From positions 1 through 64,000 of the forward strand of contig MCFE01000433.1 of assembly GCA_002104905.1 (NCBI GenBank): a stretch of DNA of 64,000 nucleotides, written 5' to 3'. Positions 14,588 to 27,910 of this stretch are shown here, piece after piece; the stretch's first letter is position 1, and every line of letters begins with the position of its first letter. The stretch comes from Basidiobolus meristosporus CBS 931.73 (lineage: Eukaryota > Fungi > Basidiobolomycota). Position numbers and translations under genes: made by a program. The notes beneath the pieces are model-generated. The model did no database searches and had not been told where the DNA came from. It saw only the letters and a program-made list of their open reading frames with translations.

Positions 14588-15223
14588 CTAGTGATTAAGG
14601 ATGGTGTGAATATCCATAAGAGACCTGCTCTTTTGGCATGGGGAGGCAGAACAAAATGAAGGGAGCGACATGTCCACAAATGGTCGAAATATATACGTGG
14701 GCGGCATGTTCAGTGAACTGTATCCGCTGGGCTCCGGGGTGCCTGGCGTGGAGGAATCGCTGTCAGTGGCTGTGCTACCTGTACTTTCAAGCCCAACGGA
14801 AGTTTCACCTGCTACGCTTGGCGATGGGGTATTAATTACAAAAGATGGACTACAGCTAGGGTGTGTGGTAATGCGCGTACGCATTGAGGGGTAAGGGGAG
14901 AGAGGGCTGGTCTTTTCGGCTCTGAAAACCGTGGATTTTCGATTCCGTTTCTTCTCATGAACTTTGGCATGGCGAGATTGCTCGTCAGACCGGGAAAATT
15001 CACGTAGACAGCCAGGAAATGTGCACTTGTATGGCTTCTCCCCTGTATGGGTGCGAACATGCCTTTTCAGGTGTTCCGATCGGTTAAAGCGCTTGTAACA
15101 GACATGGCAGATGTGTTTGCGAGCTAGTACGTGGGTATCTCTTGCGCTGGGAATTTCAGGCGTTTCGAAGGTCTGTGGGTGCACGCGAAAGATAAATTGT
15201 TGGTCTTTACATATGTTCTTCAT
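14588..15223 (-). CDS. C2H2 zinc-finger transcription factor, CreA/Mig1-like finger pair
   Basis: Single 211-aa ORF with [51 protein letters not shown], an S/P-rich tail and a terminal LMDIHTILN motif. Confidence 0.85.
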   Translation of the reverse strand: MKNICKDQQFIFRVHPQTFETPEIPSARDTHVLARKHICHVCYKRFNRSEHLKRHVRTHTGEKPYKCTFPGCLREFSRSDEQSRHAKVHEKKRNRKSTVFRAEKTSPLSPYPSMRTRITTHPSCSPSFVINTPSPSVAGETSVGLESTGSTATDSDSSTPGTPEPSGYSSLNMPPTYIFRPFVDMSLPSFCSASPCQKSRSLMDIHTILNH

Positions 15224-18200
15224 GTTACTACAGCAAAGTTCGTTGCCAGATTGCAGGGATTGGATAGGCTGCGGAAGTACTATAATGGATGTATGCCGGA
15301 ATACAACTCGATGCTGGGAGGCTTCTGCTTCTTATATAACTCTTAAGGGCGTGTAGTCATGTACCTTAAATAGAAGTAAGCTCTCTCCAATCCGATTTTT
15401 TTGTACTGAAACTAATAGGTTGCCACTGAAATTAACCGGCAGAAGGGTGTTGGAGGATCAAAAGCCAGATCTCAGCAGGTATTAACTCTGCTCGTGGTCA
15501 CTTGACTAACCTCCAATTGCAGTGGCATATTGTCGCGATGGATCTCTGCCACACCAGCTGAATCTTGCGGTTATCAATTTGACACACAAAAGAGATTAAC
15601 CACTGATCGTGTGCACCTATTGTCTCCTGGAGACCCGTTTAGTGCTGATGCGTTTATTGGCTTACTTTGCTCCGACGAATGTTACAAGCAAACTCCAATG
15701 GGGCCATGTATGAGATAAGTGATGGAACAGCAGGGTAACCCTGGTCCACGCCCGAGTCCGAGTCAGCCGCGTCAATCCATCGAGAGCTATTATGCTACCC
15801 ATCAGCCTTGCCACCAATTACACTGTTTGAAGCTGGACATATAGTCGGCCACATTGGCATGAGCACTCGCTTCCGCCGCCAGAAAATGGAAAGCCCAACA
15901 CGAAGGTGACCCTAAAGTTGGCAGATTCAAGTCCGAATCAGAGGCGAATTTCTCCTTGATTCGCCTCCATACTGGTTTATGCGGAATAGCTTGCACTCTT
16001 TAGATGGTTATTATGGGCCTCTATGGAGGATTCCAAACTACAATCCAACTCATCTGTAAGTGATACATCTCTAATTAATTTACCCCACATTATATGCTCG
16101 AATTCGTTGGCTGGCCATCGCCATCGCCATGTCTCGTTTTTGGATTATGTAAGAGAACACAACAGGCCTCGATTGAGATAAACCCCTTGAAAATCAAGGA
16201 GATACCAATAGATGACATAATACCGACATGGGAGGATTCGTCACGGGTAGCTGAGGCATCTTTCGATAAGAATGAGAATGCCTACTGCAATAGATCTGGT
16301 GTACGCTTCTTGCCGCATATCCTCAACAAACGTATCATAGATCTGGCGTACCTGGGAAAAGGAAGCATACTATCTCCTCTACATGGCTAGCATTGCATCT
16401 GTATATCTCTGCCTTGGCTCTGTCAAGTCCGGCAATCGATTATTAAGTACATCCTCGATAGCGGGCTGGTATATCAATTCCGGACTGATGTGGAAATCTG
16501 TGCAAATGTTGTCAATATACGGTCAACGCTGTGGATGATTGAGGAACATTAAATTCAATATACCATCCCCTCGATTGATAGGCTTGGCGGCTGGTACTTG
16601 CTTCCTTACCCAATAAATACCTGAGTGGCTCCCCACAATGGCAATAATTACTCTACAACACTTGTCAGCCTTAATCGCTCATTTGTGTCAAGTATCCACT
16701 GTGTCTCTTCATCATGTGAGCTCAAGTGAGGGTCAAGTAGGTTGGGTTTGAGATTGGAAGCACAAAGAGCTGATATCCAACAAGATGCGATTTGGCTCCA
16801 AGCTGGTTGTGGCTTGCGTGATCTTTCTCGTAGCATATTAAGTAACTGGGATGAAGGCCTCGCCAATAAAGTGCCTTCTTACCAAAATGAAACTTCGTAC
16901 GAGTCATCTACAGGTCAAATCGTAGTGTCACTGTTTGTTTCGACGTCACCTCTACAGGTAACTCTCGAGTGGGAAGTATAGTTAGAGTAGCCATTCGTCC
17001 AGTTCGCACATGGTTGTCGAACCAACCTCAGGTCAGGGGCCGCTCTCAATATTACCCATCCTCCAATTGAAGGCATCACGTATTTGTCGTACACATACAC
17101 ACTACAAGATGCATTGCTTGGACTACCCATTGCTAGCCCAAGATATAGTAAGCATTCACTAGAGGGACAATATTGCGTAATTGCACTCGAATAATCCGAA
17201 ACCGGTACTGCGTGGTATTGTGGGAACTAGCCCTGTGGCCATTACTGATGAGGTGTATTGCAAAGTGCAGACTAATAAACCATAGAGACAAACAAAATAA
17301 GCACTGACTAAAGGGAATTGATCCTGGCGGAAGGCAGCACTCTAGAGGTGGAAGCATATTACCTGCACATGGCTAAATTGATGAACTAAAGATCAAATTG
17401 GAGTTCGTCAAAAGTTACGCGAGACGCACTATCGGTGTGCGCAGACGCCCTGACGAATCATGGTATCGCAGTATCCCGTGTTTCGCCTTCAGAATGTTGG
17501 TGAGCAATAAACTGGTTACGGCTTGCAGTAGGGTGTAGCTCAAGGCTTGTTATTGATTTCACAGATACGAGTAGTAAGAATATCGAAGGTATGGCAGATT
17601 AAGAGGATCTTAGGGGACTGTGTGGGATGGTACTGATGACTTCATAGCTCAATTGGCCGCTAACGCATTATTGGTAATTATTGAGGGCTTCTTCAGATCG
17701 GTATCATATTTTGACGCATCAAACGATTGACCCAACCCTCCATTTGCACCCCTGATTTTGACGATGGTGAATAGGGAGCGCACCTGGGGTTTTACACATT
17801 CGCCTTCACTGAGGTGAGGTCAAATGAGGCTCTCGGATGATAGCAGTGCATTAATATTTGACACTAGTACAGTTTCTAGTCTAACTGTGCTTCCCAGTTA
17901 ATATAGGTTTTACGGAGGTGGACCAAATCATCACCTACTACGAGACTATATAGCCTTCTCATTGGCCAAATCTTTCCTTATAAATTATAATACACCAGCG
18001 TGTTTGCTATGAATTATTTTAGATTCACACAAATCCTGACAGTTGATTTGCCACTTGGTTATAAACCTTATCTAGGATCATATTCTTGATATGGGTGGAG
18101 TTTACCTTACTCCCATCGAGATGTACCGGCAATGGGTAGAAATCAAATAGTGCGTAGAGCTAACGCTTGATTGATCGTAGATCTTTCATTGGCTGACTTC

Positions 18201-18688
18201 GATTGATCTTCAATTTGGCCATAAATCTCGTGGGTGTCAATCTAACAATCCATCAGTACTTGAGTGCTAGCGGTATGAAGTATGCATCACTGGAGTCCCA
18301 GAGGTTCCATACGTACAATAGGACTTCGCGGGAAGGATTATTATGGAGTATTAGAGATCGTTTGAACATCTGCTCCTCACTAGCATGACTTTGTGTGCAG
18401 GCTAATCGTCGATACTCAATCCCTGGTGGTTTTATCTGGGTGGCAGGATCTTGCCCCGAGCTCTAAGCATTGAACCTTTACACTAATGGTGGCATTTATA
18501 TTGGCATTTAGGCTTCATAAAATGGGGAAGCTACTCAAATACTTAAAGGGCATTCATTTATGCTAGTATAGCTGAATGTTTTGGTGTGCAGCCAATAGGA
18601 CAAACACTCACTAGAAACCATGCGCCCGCATTTATTGAAAGAACCTCAATGCTCAAGGCTTCTATAGAAGTGGCCATATCGAAATCAT

Positions 18689-19279
18689 CTACTTCCAGGC
18701 CTTAAAACGGCCATGATTCAGCCGATTGCTATACATTGGTGATGTCGCACTCTGGCGGTTACCTGGTGACGTTCGAAGACACAATCTAGCTTGTGGCTTA
18801 AGAAGCATACCGCGCTTGTATCGATGTTCCCCCATCGAGAAATCCCAGGTTGAGCCTGTCTCTTGAAAACAACAATATTTATTCATAGCTCTGAAATATT
18901 TAACGATTACATAAATCATTTACAGCACATCGATTATACGGCAATCGGTGTATTTGGTGACCTTGCCGGACTACTTCCTTGGAATGCTATCCCAGATGTT
19001 AACCTTGCTCTCTGCCAAGTCTGGGTTGAGGTCTTGCTTGCCAAGTAAAGTGACGAATGCTTTGTCCATGTCAGTGAAGTGCTGGACATTGATGACCTCG
19101 GAGGTTGATTCGGGAGAAACGACCTTTCTGATTGGCCGAATCTTGACAACGTTGGAGGTGGAAGCGTCCATTGGTGGCATGCTTGGGATGTCAAAGCTAC
19201 GCAATGCAGAGGTAGAGAAGAGTCGAGGTACCAAGGAGGATCTCTTCAATTGGTATGTTACGGAAGTTAGGCTTTTCAT
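18689..19279 (-). CDS. Putative small (~168 aa) protein with a mitochondrial-presequence-like N-terminus; unknown function
   Basis: ATG at 19279 gives MKSLTSVTYQLKRSSLVPRLFSTSALRS. An 84-nt intron at 18974-18891 (GTAGTC...TTTCAG) joins ORFs 18971-19318 and 18689-18919 in frame. The donor is weak and no family is recognised. Confidence 0.4.
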
Positions 19280-22161
19280 GACTAATTTAGGTTTGTGGTC
19301 TTCGGCACCCAAAAGCAATCTTTATATATTCTCTGGTTGTCACCTGAAGAGCTACTGACATCGCTTCATTCTGAAAGCCCCCACTCCCCAAAAATTCGCA
19401 TTGGATGATGCGCGAGGCACTGGCAGCGGTTTCAGCCAGCTGGTGGTCTTAGAAACAAACATACGTCTAGTCTTTGGTCAGTTGACCATCATCCATGATC
19501 ACTCACCACCAACACCATTACCTCGTCAGCATCGAGATACCCGTGCGTCAGGTTAAATATGGCTTTTCTTTTTGCTTGGGGCAGACTGTAGCTACCTCAC
19601 TGGTCAGCATCCCCCTCCCGTGCTAGATTGAAACCATCAGGTGTCAGTTTTAAGATCATACTTTACCCAGGTTGCCTCAGCAGAAGGATTTGGCATCACA
19701 GGCATAATGGTCCCAATTCCTCGCTGAGGATCGTAATTCGTCCAATCCTGAGGAAGCATTCTGGATGGCTGCATGCCGTGAACGTATCGCTGATCGCAAA
19801 ATGCACCGGAGTGCTACAAAACGATAGTTTACTTGGCCCATGTTGGCGAGGATTTCATGGGAATGCTGAAGAGTGATGCGGGCTCGGGGCGGTTCTAGCC
19901 ATTTGCGTGACAAGTGGTTCGACGAATCTTATTGCGAAGGTCATTTCAAGTGTGCCTCTGGTAATCAAGACGCTCGACAATCCGCTAATTTGATGAGACA
20001 TCTCGAGCCGCTTTCTCGTGTGCTTAGCTCGATAACCCCAAATTGGATCCGAGACTACGATACGCCACTGACCACCCAACTGCTATTGGTATCTTGAATT
20101 GCATGCTTAAGAATTTGCTAGATCAAACGTCACAGAGCATAGATCTCACGAAAATAGTGGCATTGGTAATCACCAGGTCAGACCAGTGTAAATGCCTGCC
20201 GAAGAAAACCCTGAATGCCGTATCCTAGCCAGTCCTCCACTCCCCAGCTTCAGAGGAACACAACAGCGATCTCCAGAAATACCCCATTCCACAAAGCCCC
20301 ACATTATTGTACAAAAATCCCTGCCCTTTCCAAAGCTATGCATCTCCCCGAAGCCAAAGTGTTGACACAGTGTGTACCGCATTTTGGACAGGGAAAAGGT
20401 AGGTCTTCAGGTGAATCACAAATCCTAAACAAAGAGCCACCGCGCCCATATTGCTCAGGATCATGAGGCCATCTAGCATCACATTGTTTGGCACTTGATA
20501 TATACTCAACAGTCAAAGAATGTGACCATCCCCACCACCTCCAAGGGGGGTCATTTCCCCGAACACAACCGGCACTCCACAAACTCGCATTCACCCACGG
20601 CCCTAACAGCTGCGTGACCTCCGATTTCTATCGCTTCGGAAGTCTTAGGTATTGTGTTGGTGGGCAAGATGATTGTTCCATTCTTTCGTGGTGGGGTGTG
20701 ACTGAGCTGAGAGACCTCGAGCGTCAGTTAGTCGGTGTCGAGGTGCCTCCTGGACAGAGATGCCTATCAATCTATGGGGCTACCTCCATCGCATATGAAG
20801 CAGATTATCAACCCTACCTCGCTACTTTCGAACCCGCCAATTTCCATATCAAGCCGCACTCCAAATGGGTATCAGTAATAGGCACACATTTGTGGGACGG
20901 GCCATCTCTCACATCTACAACAGGCACCGAAATCCTGTGGTTGCACACCGAACGATGTTAAGGCAAAGGCATGGGAAAATTCTCTAAACTAACTCGAATG
21001 CATGCCGCATCCAACGAAACACACACATACTCACACCTCATATATATATGTATACATTGCGTAAGATAGAGGCTGGCAATGCAGGATTGCCAGTAGAACT
21101 CCACTACTGTGACTAATTTGTTCCACCTCGATTCTCACATGGTTTCTGGACGGGTGATCCTTTTAGTCATCGAACCACCAATAAACATCAAGATATTGGA
21201 TCTTTGATGTTTCAATGCTGCAAGGGTTTGAGCTGAATCAGCGTTAACAACAGGGTCTGTTCCTTCCCAGCAGCTGCTTACTTGTAATATTCAACACTTC
21301 GCCTTGATCAGCCCGCTTCAAATGGGATCTTTTTGTAAGACCAGCCAGTTGGCAACCTGCCGACTCAATTCAGCCTGCCTTTTCTGGGCTAAAACCATCC
21401 TAGGTAGCCGGCATGTCGCTGTGCTTGTATTGTCCCTCACAAAGCAACAATGGTGTGAGGCGGGTAAGCTCAATCACCTAATAGGCGCACAACTTCAATC
21501 TTGTCGACAGATGGTGCGCATCTTGTGCAAGTATCAACAACTAGTTTGGCCTTGTGGCGAATGGGGCCAGTTAGCGGTCGAGATTTATATGCTTGGGCGG
21601 GTCATTGCAGAAATAGAGCATTGCCTGATGACATGGGCCGAGACACCTCTGTGGTGAAGATATCAGAGTTCAAATCACAACAATGGAACCCAATCCGAAT
21701 TAGCATTATTAATGGTGCTGAGGAATTTCATGTGCTATATGTCAGCATCGTGATTTTCGGCCAATCATCAGCTGATTTGCATGTTACACGCCAGCTTTTG
21801 TGAAATAGTGGGTTTTTAATTGTTGAGACGAATTCATATGATCATCTAGGTTTGCTCAAAAGGGAGACTTCAGCAGAGCCAGATGGGAAGAATTTCATGT
21901 AAGTTTGCATTGAATTTGGGCTAGTACGATTGTGATGAGAATCTGAAACCATTCTTGACCAGACGATTTCGGAATTTGATGGAATCATCAGTTAGGTTAT
22001 TCTACATCCGAAGGCTAGGATTCCTCCTGGTGTGCCTTTAAAAAGCGTTTGCTCGTGAAACTGGCCCCTTTACGAAAGACAACCGAGTCCCGATTTTCCA
22101 GTTGTGCTTCGAACTAGAGCTAGACAACCGCGCTTTGTACCCACGTTAAATACAAACCGAT

Positions 22162-22911
22162 ATGAAGGTAGTAGGGCTGACTGGTGGTGTTGCTTCAGGT
22201 AACATGCGGCTACTTAGAGCAGCCCTTTGATCTCCACTAAACTTTCTCGACAGGCAAGAAAACGGTGGCGAAACTGATTGCACAGGAAGGGTATCCGGTG
22301 CTAGATATAGATAGCCTGCTCAGCCTAGGCCCCTCAATTTCTTCGAAAAGTGGGTCGCTATATACCCTGCTCCTGAGTCTAATTGGATGGATAAAACCAA
22401 AAGCCCAAGTGCAACAGGACAAAACACCGAGCCCCAGCGAATCGCGTCGCATTCTTTTGAAATGGGTGCTGTGGAAATACATCACGGGCTACCGCATGGT
22501 TTTTGTGAAGTCCCGATTCCTCTACGAGCTGGGCTTGGCACGGTTCGTGAGTGCCGTGATAATGGTGTATTGGTAAGTGGATTTAGCAACGTCCCCGTCG
22601 TATGGTAGGAAAGCTAATCTCTTCGTCATAGCACAAAGCAGGTCATGATTCAGCGGCTCATGGAGCGTGACGGGTGCCACGAGAACCTCGCGGTCCTACG
22701 GGCGGAGCCAAATGGCTGGATGGAGAAAAAGCGCCAAATGGCGGACTACGTGATTCACAACTCCGACTCTTTTCGGAACACGGAAAGCCAGGTGCTGCTC
22801 GTTCTGGACAAGCTGCGGCCTACCTGGAGATCCTCTATCATCTCGTTGCTTTTACCCTCCTTGGTTACCATCTCATGTCTAGGCTTCTGGATAAAGCATC
22901 GTTCACAGTAG
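22162..22911 (+). CDS. Divergent dephospho-CoA kinase (CoaE/Cab5/DCAKD)-like protein with C-terminal membrane anchor
   Basis: Exons 22162-22198, 22254-22572, 22632-22911 (211 aa). MKVVGLTGGVASGKKTV P-loop, QRLMERDG, EKKRQMADYVIHN, hydrophobic tail IISLLLPSLVTISCLGFWI. Confidence 0.75.
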
Positions 22912-24622
22912 CGGATTGGCTCCTCGCTTAGTGACAACTTGCGTATGTATGTATCTAGCTGAGGCAAACTTGTTTTTTCTGTATAAAGTTTTTCAACATC
23001 ATATCGTGGATCGAATTTCTTTTTATCAGTGTTGATTGGAAAGAAACCATCAGTTATTTGGTGCACGGTAGGGCTGCGTGCAGTAGGTTACGTCGGTTGA
23101 TTGACGAAACAGAGAGGCATTCTAACACCATGGGCACGGTTTCGCTCATGGCGGCCTAGGGAAGGCAACTGCTTGGATTCAAAGTGGAAATGGAATACTG
23201 GATGGTGTAAAGGAGTTTATTCGTCTCCGTATATTTAGTATAGGATCCCACGGTGAGCAAGGGGAATGCTGCTTATTTACCACTCCATTGGGCTGATGTT
23301 GCCGTGGCTCTAGACCACCAAGACATGGATCGAGGAGATGATCCAGTGCATGCAGTGTCAGTAGAATGGACGGTGTGTATGTGCAAGGCGGACGATACTT
23401 AAATTTCATAACACTGCAACCGAATTTATCCCAACCCTGGATGTGGTCAGAAAGGGACTACAGGCACTGTGTGCAGGAAATTGTGGGAGTCCTGCATCGT
23501 TGCCGTTGCTGCTGCCGTGATTGTGACCAGAGGGAGTGAGCAAGGTGTCTTGGTGAGGGTCACAGTTACGTCGAGTTCTGATTGTAGGTCCAAGCGACTT
23601 GGTCCACTAGAGACTTGATATTACATTTCAAAACCATTGAACCGCCATCATCGCGTATTCTGGGTGCTGATCATTGTGTAGCCCTGATGATCTCAGTTGC
23701 CAGGGAAGCTTGGTGGTGGCGTTGAGTAGATCAGCAAGAATCAAGGAACGTTTCCAATTTTTCTACTCATCGTCAGGGCAATGGTTACCCAGTAGAGGAT
23801 TCATTTACGATCACTTGGGAAACAGTCACACATGTGTTACAAATTTTGCTAAACAAACACTCCGCAGATCTTGTCACGAAGATGCAGCCAAGGAATTTTC
23901 CCCACTTTTCACGAAGTCGAATAGCCCAGCCAGAGGAGCCACACAGTGATGTTGCGCGTAGCAACAATACGAGACAAGATAGGCACCAAGCAAGCAACAG
24001 CCTGGCGCGGTGATATACAATGCACTATGGATCGCGTTGGGTGCTAGTGATTTCATCATGATGGCAAGCTTTGGATGAATGATTGCCAAGCGGATTCAGG
24101 GCCTCCGATGCGATTGGCCTGGCTTGTTGATATAACTATAAATATGTTTTGCCATCGGAAACGGAGCATTACAAAAGCCCAAGAAGGACGCAACAATCAA
24201 CACTTGCTATCCGTAGGTTGGACCAGCTTGTTTAGTCCAGATTCTTGTTGACTAATCGGTAGGGCTGATATCCTGCAGTTCGACGCATCCACTTCGTCTC
24301 CTGTTATTTACTCAAAGGTAATCTTCCCCGCTTATTTTGATTCCTCCCACATAGTGCATATCGTCAGGTTATTTCCTAATCAAATCCCAGTTTAATCCCC
24401 TCGTCGATAGTGGATTTAGGAATTCAGTCGAGCGGATACTTAACTCGCAGCCGGCCCCTCACATCTGTGTTTTTGCTGTTTCCGAGTTTACTTGCCACTT
24501 CTCTGTGGTGATCCCTTTCGTTTGACTCTTCTGACTTTCCCTACTCCATTTCTAGTATTGGACGTCACGCAAGGTGACCTACAGACTCAGACGGTCGGCA
24601 ATTTACAGTAGCGTCCTTAGAA

Positions 24623-26347
24623 ATGCTTTCCTCTAGCAACGGCGAGAACCCACCCATCTACAAAACCATTGGTCTTATCCTAGCTGTATCTAGCGGTACG
24701 ACACAGTGCTTTGTCTAGCGAGGCCTCTTGTTCTAACCTGCGCCGAATCCTACAGGCTTTTTCATCGGATCGAGCTTTATCATCAAGAAGAAGGGGCTTT
24801 TGCAATCGTACGCCACCGGTATTTGGTCTTGCCAGCTGGTTGCTTTTTGCTCTGTTGTTTACCTGATTTACAGGTGGGATCCCTGGAGAAGGGCATCAGT
24901 ATCTTAAATCCAAGTTATGGTGGCTCGGGATGATCTTGAGTACGTCTATTCACCGCGTGTATATTGCGCGCCTTACTAACCTCCCTACTTCAGTGGTGGC
25001 GGGAGAAATTCTGAACTTCGTCGCATATGCGTTTACCCCCGCGATTCTTGTAACCCCTCTAGGGGCGTTGAGCGTCGTTGTGAGGTATACAGGACGATCT
25101 TCTGCGAAAGAGAACGCTCGACAATGTGATCTAACGTTTATTCACCACCAGTGCTGTTCTGTCCTCTATCTTCCTGAAAGAAAAGTTGACCTTCGTCGGG
25201 AAAATCGGGTGCGGTATCTGCGTCGTAGGGGCAATCATCATTGTTATCCACGCACCGGAGCAGAATGCTCCAGCAACGATTGCCGCGTTCATGAACTACA
25301 CCATATCACCAAGTAAGTGTTTCTTGAAAGATGAGTGGGGAGTGTGTTACTGATCGCAAGTGCCATTCCATAGTATTTCTCACTTACGCGGTAGTATTGA
25401 TATTGATCAGTCTGTTCCTGATTTTCAAGATTGCCCCCAAGCACGGCAAGAACAATATGTTGGTGTATATTAGTGTGTGCTCTCTTATAGGCTCACTGTC
25501 TGTCGTTTGCACCCAGGGGCTCGGGGCCTCGATCATATATTCGGTCACAACGGAGAGCCAATTCAAGCACCCATTTATCTACGCGCTGATTGTTTTTGTG
25601 GTGGTCACACTATTGGTCGAGGTGGACTACCTCAACAAAGCGTTGAACCTATTCAGTACCGCCCTGGTAACGCCCATCTATTATGTGATGTTCACCACAT
25701 GCACCATCGTCTCCACCGCCATCCTATTCCAAGGCTTTCACGCGGAGCCGTTGAGTATAGTCACCGCGGTGTGCGGGTTTCTTGTGATATGTGGCGGGGT
25801 ACTTTTGCTCCATATCTCCAAAGAGTCGGAGGAGATGGTAAGTGGAAAGAGCCACGAGCTGGACGCCGAGATGGGTCAGATCGAAAAATTCCCTTCCGCA
25901 GTGCTGGTGGACTCTGGAAGAATCCGATCAATCCATGGGAGTAGCCAGGAGCCGATGGTCGATCGTTCGAACACCACCATGGACCACCAACTAGACCGAG
26001 CCCTATCCTCCCCTACGGCTCGTAGAAACTCTAGTTCCGGAATAGTTAGGCGCACCGCCACCATTGGCCCTATGAGTGGCTTCGACTCTATTAAACGGAC
26101 GCGAGGTAGAAGGGCGTACACTCTGGAGAGTGGATATCCAGGCAATCTGATGAAGGTCTACGATTTCCAGCTCGCGCTGGTCCCCAGTGCAGCCCCAGGG
26201 CTGCTACCAGGCGTAACAGTCTCCCGAATTCACTCGCTATCCTCAAAATCCAACCGAAGTAGTCGTTCCGAGCGATCCAGGTCCGTGGTGTATCCACAGG
26301 ATGCAGCAGGGGGCGCGAGCCTGCCCGACCCTAATAGCAGCGGATGA
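24623..26347 (+). CDS. NIPA-family magnesium transporter
   Basis: Exons 24623-24695, 24756-24818, 24874-24939, 24994-25084, 25152-25312, 25374-26347. Motifs [100 protein letters not shown]. Confidence 0.93.
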
Positions 26348-26791
26348 CCTTGAAGCGATGAGCGGTGTGGTGGTCGAGGGAACTAATCTGTAGATAAAAC
26401 CAGCCAATATCCTACGCTCTGTAGTCCTAATAACTCTTACAGTCTAGGCCAACTAATCTTCTAACCCCAGACGATTCCAATGATAATCCCCCGGGAATCA
26501 CACTGCCTGACCTTAGTTCAGCCCAACTGAATAAGCCAAGATTTTGTCAGCTTGGAGAATTCTCTTACCATGCCTTCTTGTAACTAATTTTTGATATAAA
26601 CCCTCCTTCGATCCAATCCATTCCCTTGGCGGGGCTACGTCCGTGGTGGTTGGCGGGATGTCCGGGGATTTGACGTTTGACGGGTTCGTTTGCAATCTGG
26701 TGGATTTATTACATAGAAAAGGATATTGTGTACATATTTCTTGATGGGAGAGTGTGTGAGGCACACAGGGAGCCCATGAGTTGGGAAGGGT

Positions 26792-27910
26792 TTACTTGTC
26801 GTGGGGAAGTAGCCACTTCCGTACCGCCCAGCGGATAAGTTGCTGTCGTATTGAGGCCTTCTGGGTGATTGGGGTATCGGAGCAAACGGAAGGGGAGAGC
26901 AAGTGTTGGGTGGGGGTGAAGCCGGGTGAGATCGGGCTGAATGGTGGAGGCCCGGAATATTCACTGTGTTGAGAGAGAGTGCCGTACTCTTTCACCATGC
27001 CCTCGCAGATCTTCAGCCAAGCGTGCTTCAAGCTCGGATCGAATAGAAACACTATGGCCGTAATCGTTCCCGGGCTAGCGGCGGTGATGACACCACCGAC
27101 ATTGACCCAATAAGGAAACTCCCCTTGATGGTAGGTGTAGACGGCGTTGAGCAGTTCGAAGAATCGAGTGAATAAAGAGATGATTGGATACCAAGCTACT
27201 CTATAAGCGGCCTGTTTGATCGCTTCAAAGGCGTTTCTCTGGGCGATGCTGGAGAAGGCAACCTTCTTCCCGCCTTCGAACTCAAGCTCGATCTCCCTTG
27301 TGCGGGTGTAGATTTTTTTCAGTACGATAACGATGGTGAAGGTGGAATAGATCACCGACATCAGCACCCAGATATAATAACTCAGCCATTCCCACACGTA
27401 CCCGTCGAACAGTCCGTCGTTGAGGTACCAGCAGGTGTGTTCCCACTCGAGCCATCCATACATCCCGGCTAGTGCGGGGGCGGTTGCTGGGATAAATGAG
27501 CCGATGATGGCTCCAACAATGTACCATGCTTCGTAACGCTTGGTATCCTTAATCTGGTGCACAAATATCAGTTGCAAGCTGAAGGCTATCAGCCCCTTTA
27601 GATACACTGAGAGCAGAGAGAAATTCACGTAGCCCCACACCGAAAAAGAGCACCAGAAGCCGGGCTGCTCGATGACATAGCTGAATACTTGGAAGACCGA
27701 GTAGACCAGGTCCGCGATGCTGACGTAGAAGGTCAACCTCAAGGAGACCCGGTCGGCCAGCTTGGCGTCGTACATGTGTATCAGGGTGATCACCGCAATG
27801 ATACCCAATGAGCACGCTATGGAGGGGATGCTGAAGACGATATCCAGTTTCTTGAAGAAGTTGGTGTCATCCAGGCTCAATGGCATAAAGAAAACCTCGT
27901 CGTGAGACAT
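26792..27910 (-). CDS. 7-TM G-protein-coupled receptor, cAMP-receptor-like/Git3-type
   Basis: 372-aa intronless ORF with seven hydrophobic segments. ADRVSLRLTFYVSIADL, GFWCSFSVW, YGW..WEHTCWY, RVAWYPII, GTITAIVFLFDP. Confidence 0.82.
   Translation of the reverse strand: MSHDEVFFMPLSLDDTNFFKKLDIVFSIPSIACSLGIIAVITLIHMYDAKLADRVSLRLTFYVSIADLVYSVFQVFSYVIEQPGFWCSFSVWGYVNFSLLSVYLKGLIAFSLQLIFVHQIKDTKRYEAWYIVGAIIGSFIPATAPALAGMYGWLEWEHTCWYLNDGLFDGYVWEWLSYYIWVLMSVIYSTFTIVIVLKKIYTRTREIELEFEGGKKVAFSSIAQRNAFEAIKQAAYRVAWYPIISLFTRFFELLNAVYTYHQGEFPYWVNVGGVITAASPGTITAIVFLFDPSLKHAWLKICEGMVKEYGTLSQHSEYSGPPPFSPISPGFTPTQHLLSPSVCSDTPITQKASIRQQLIRWAVRKWLLPHDK

Noticed and set aside
16094-17130. Protein-like fragments (e.g. 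RFLPHILNKRIIDLAYLG, SIIKYILDSGLVYQF)
   Set aside because: Short, interrupted by stops, with no recognisable family or consistent splice model; cannot be supported as a gene.
21019-21055. (AC)n/(AT)n microsatellite
   Set aside because: Short, imperfect and ordinary.
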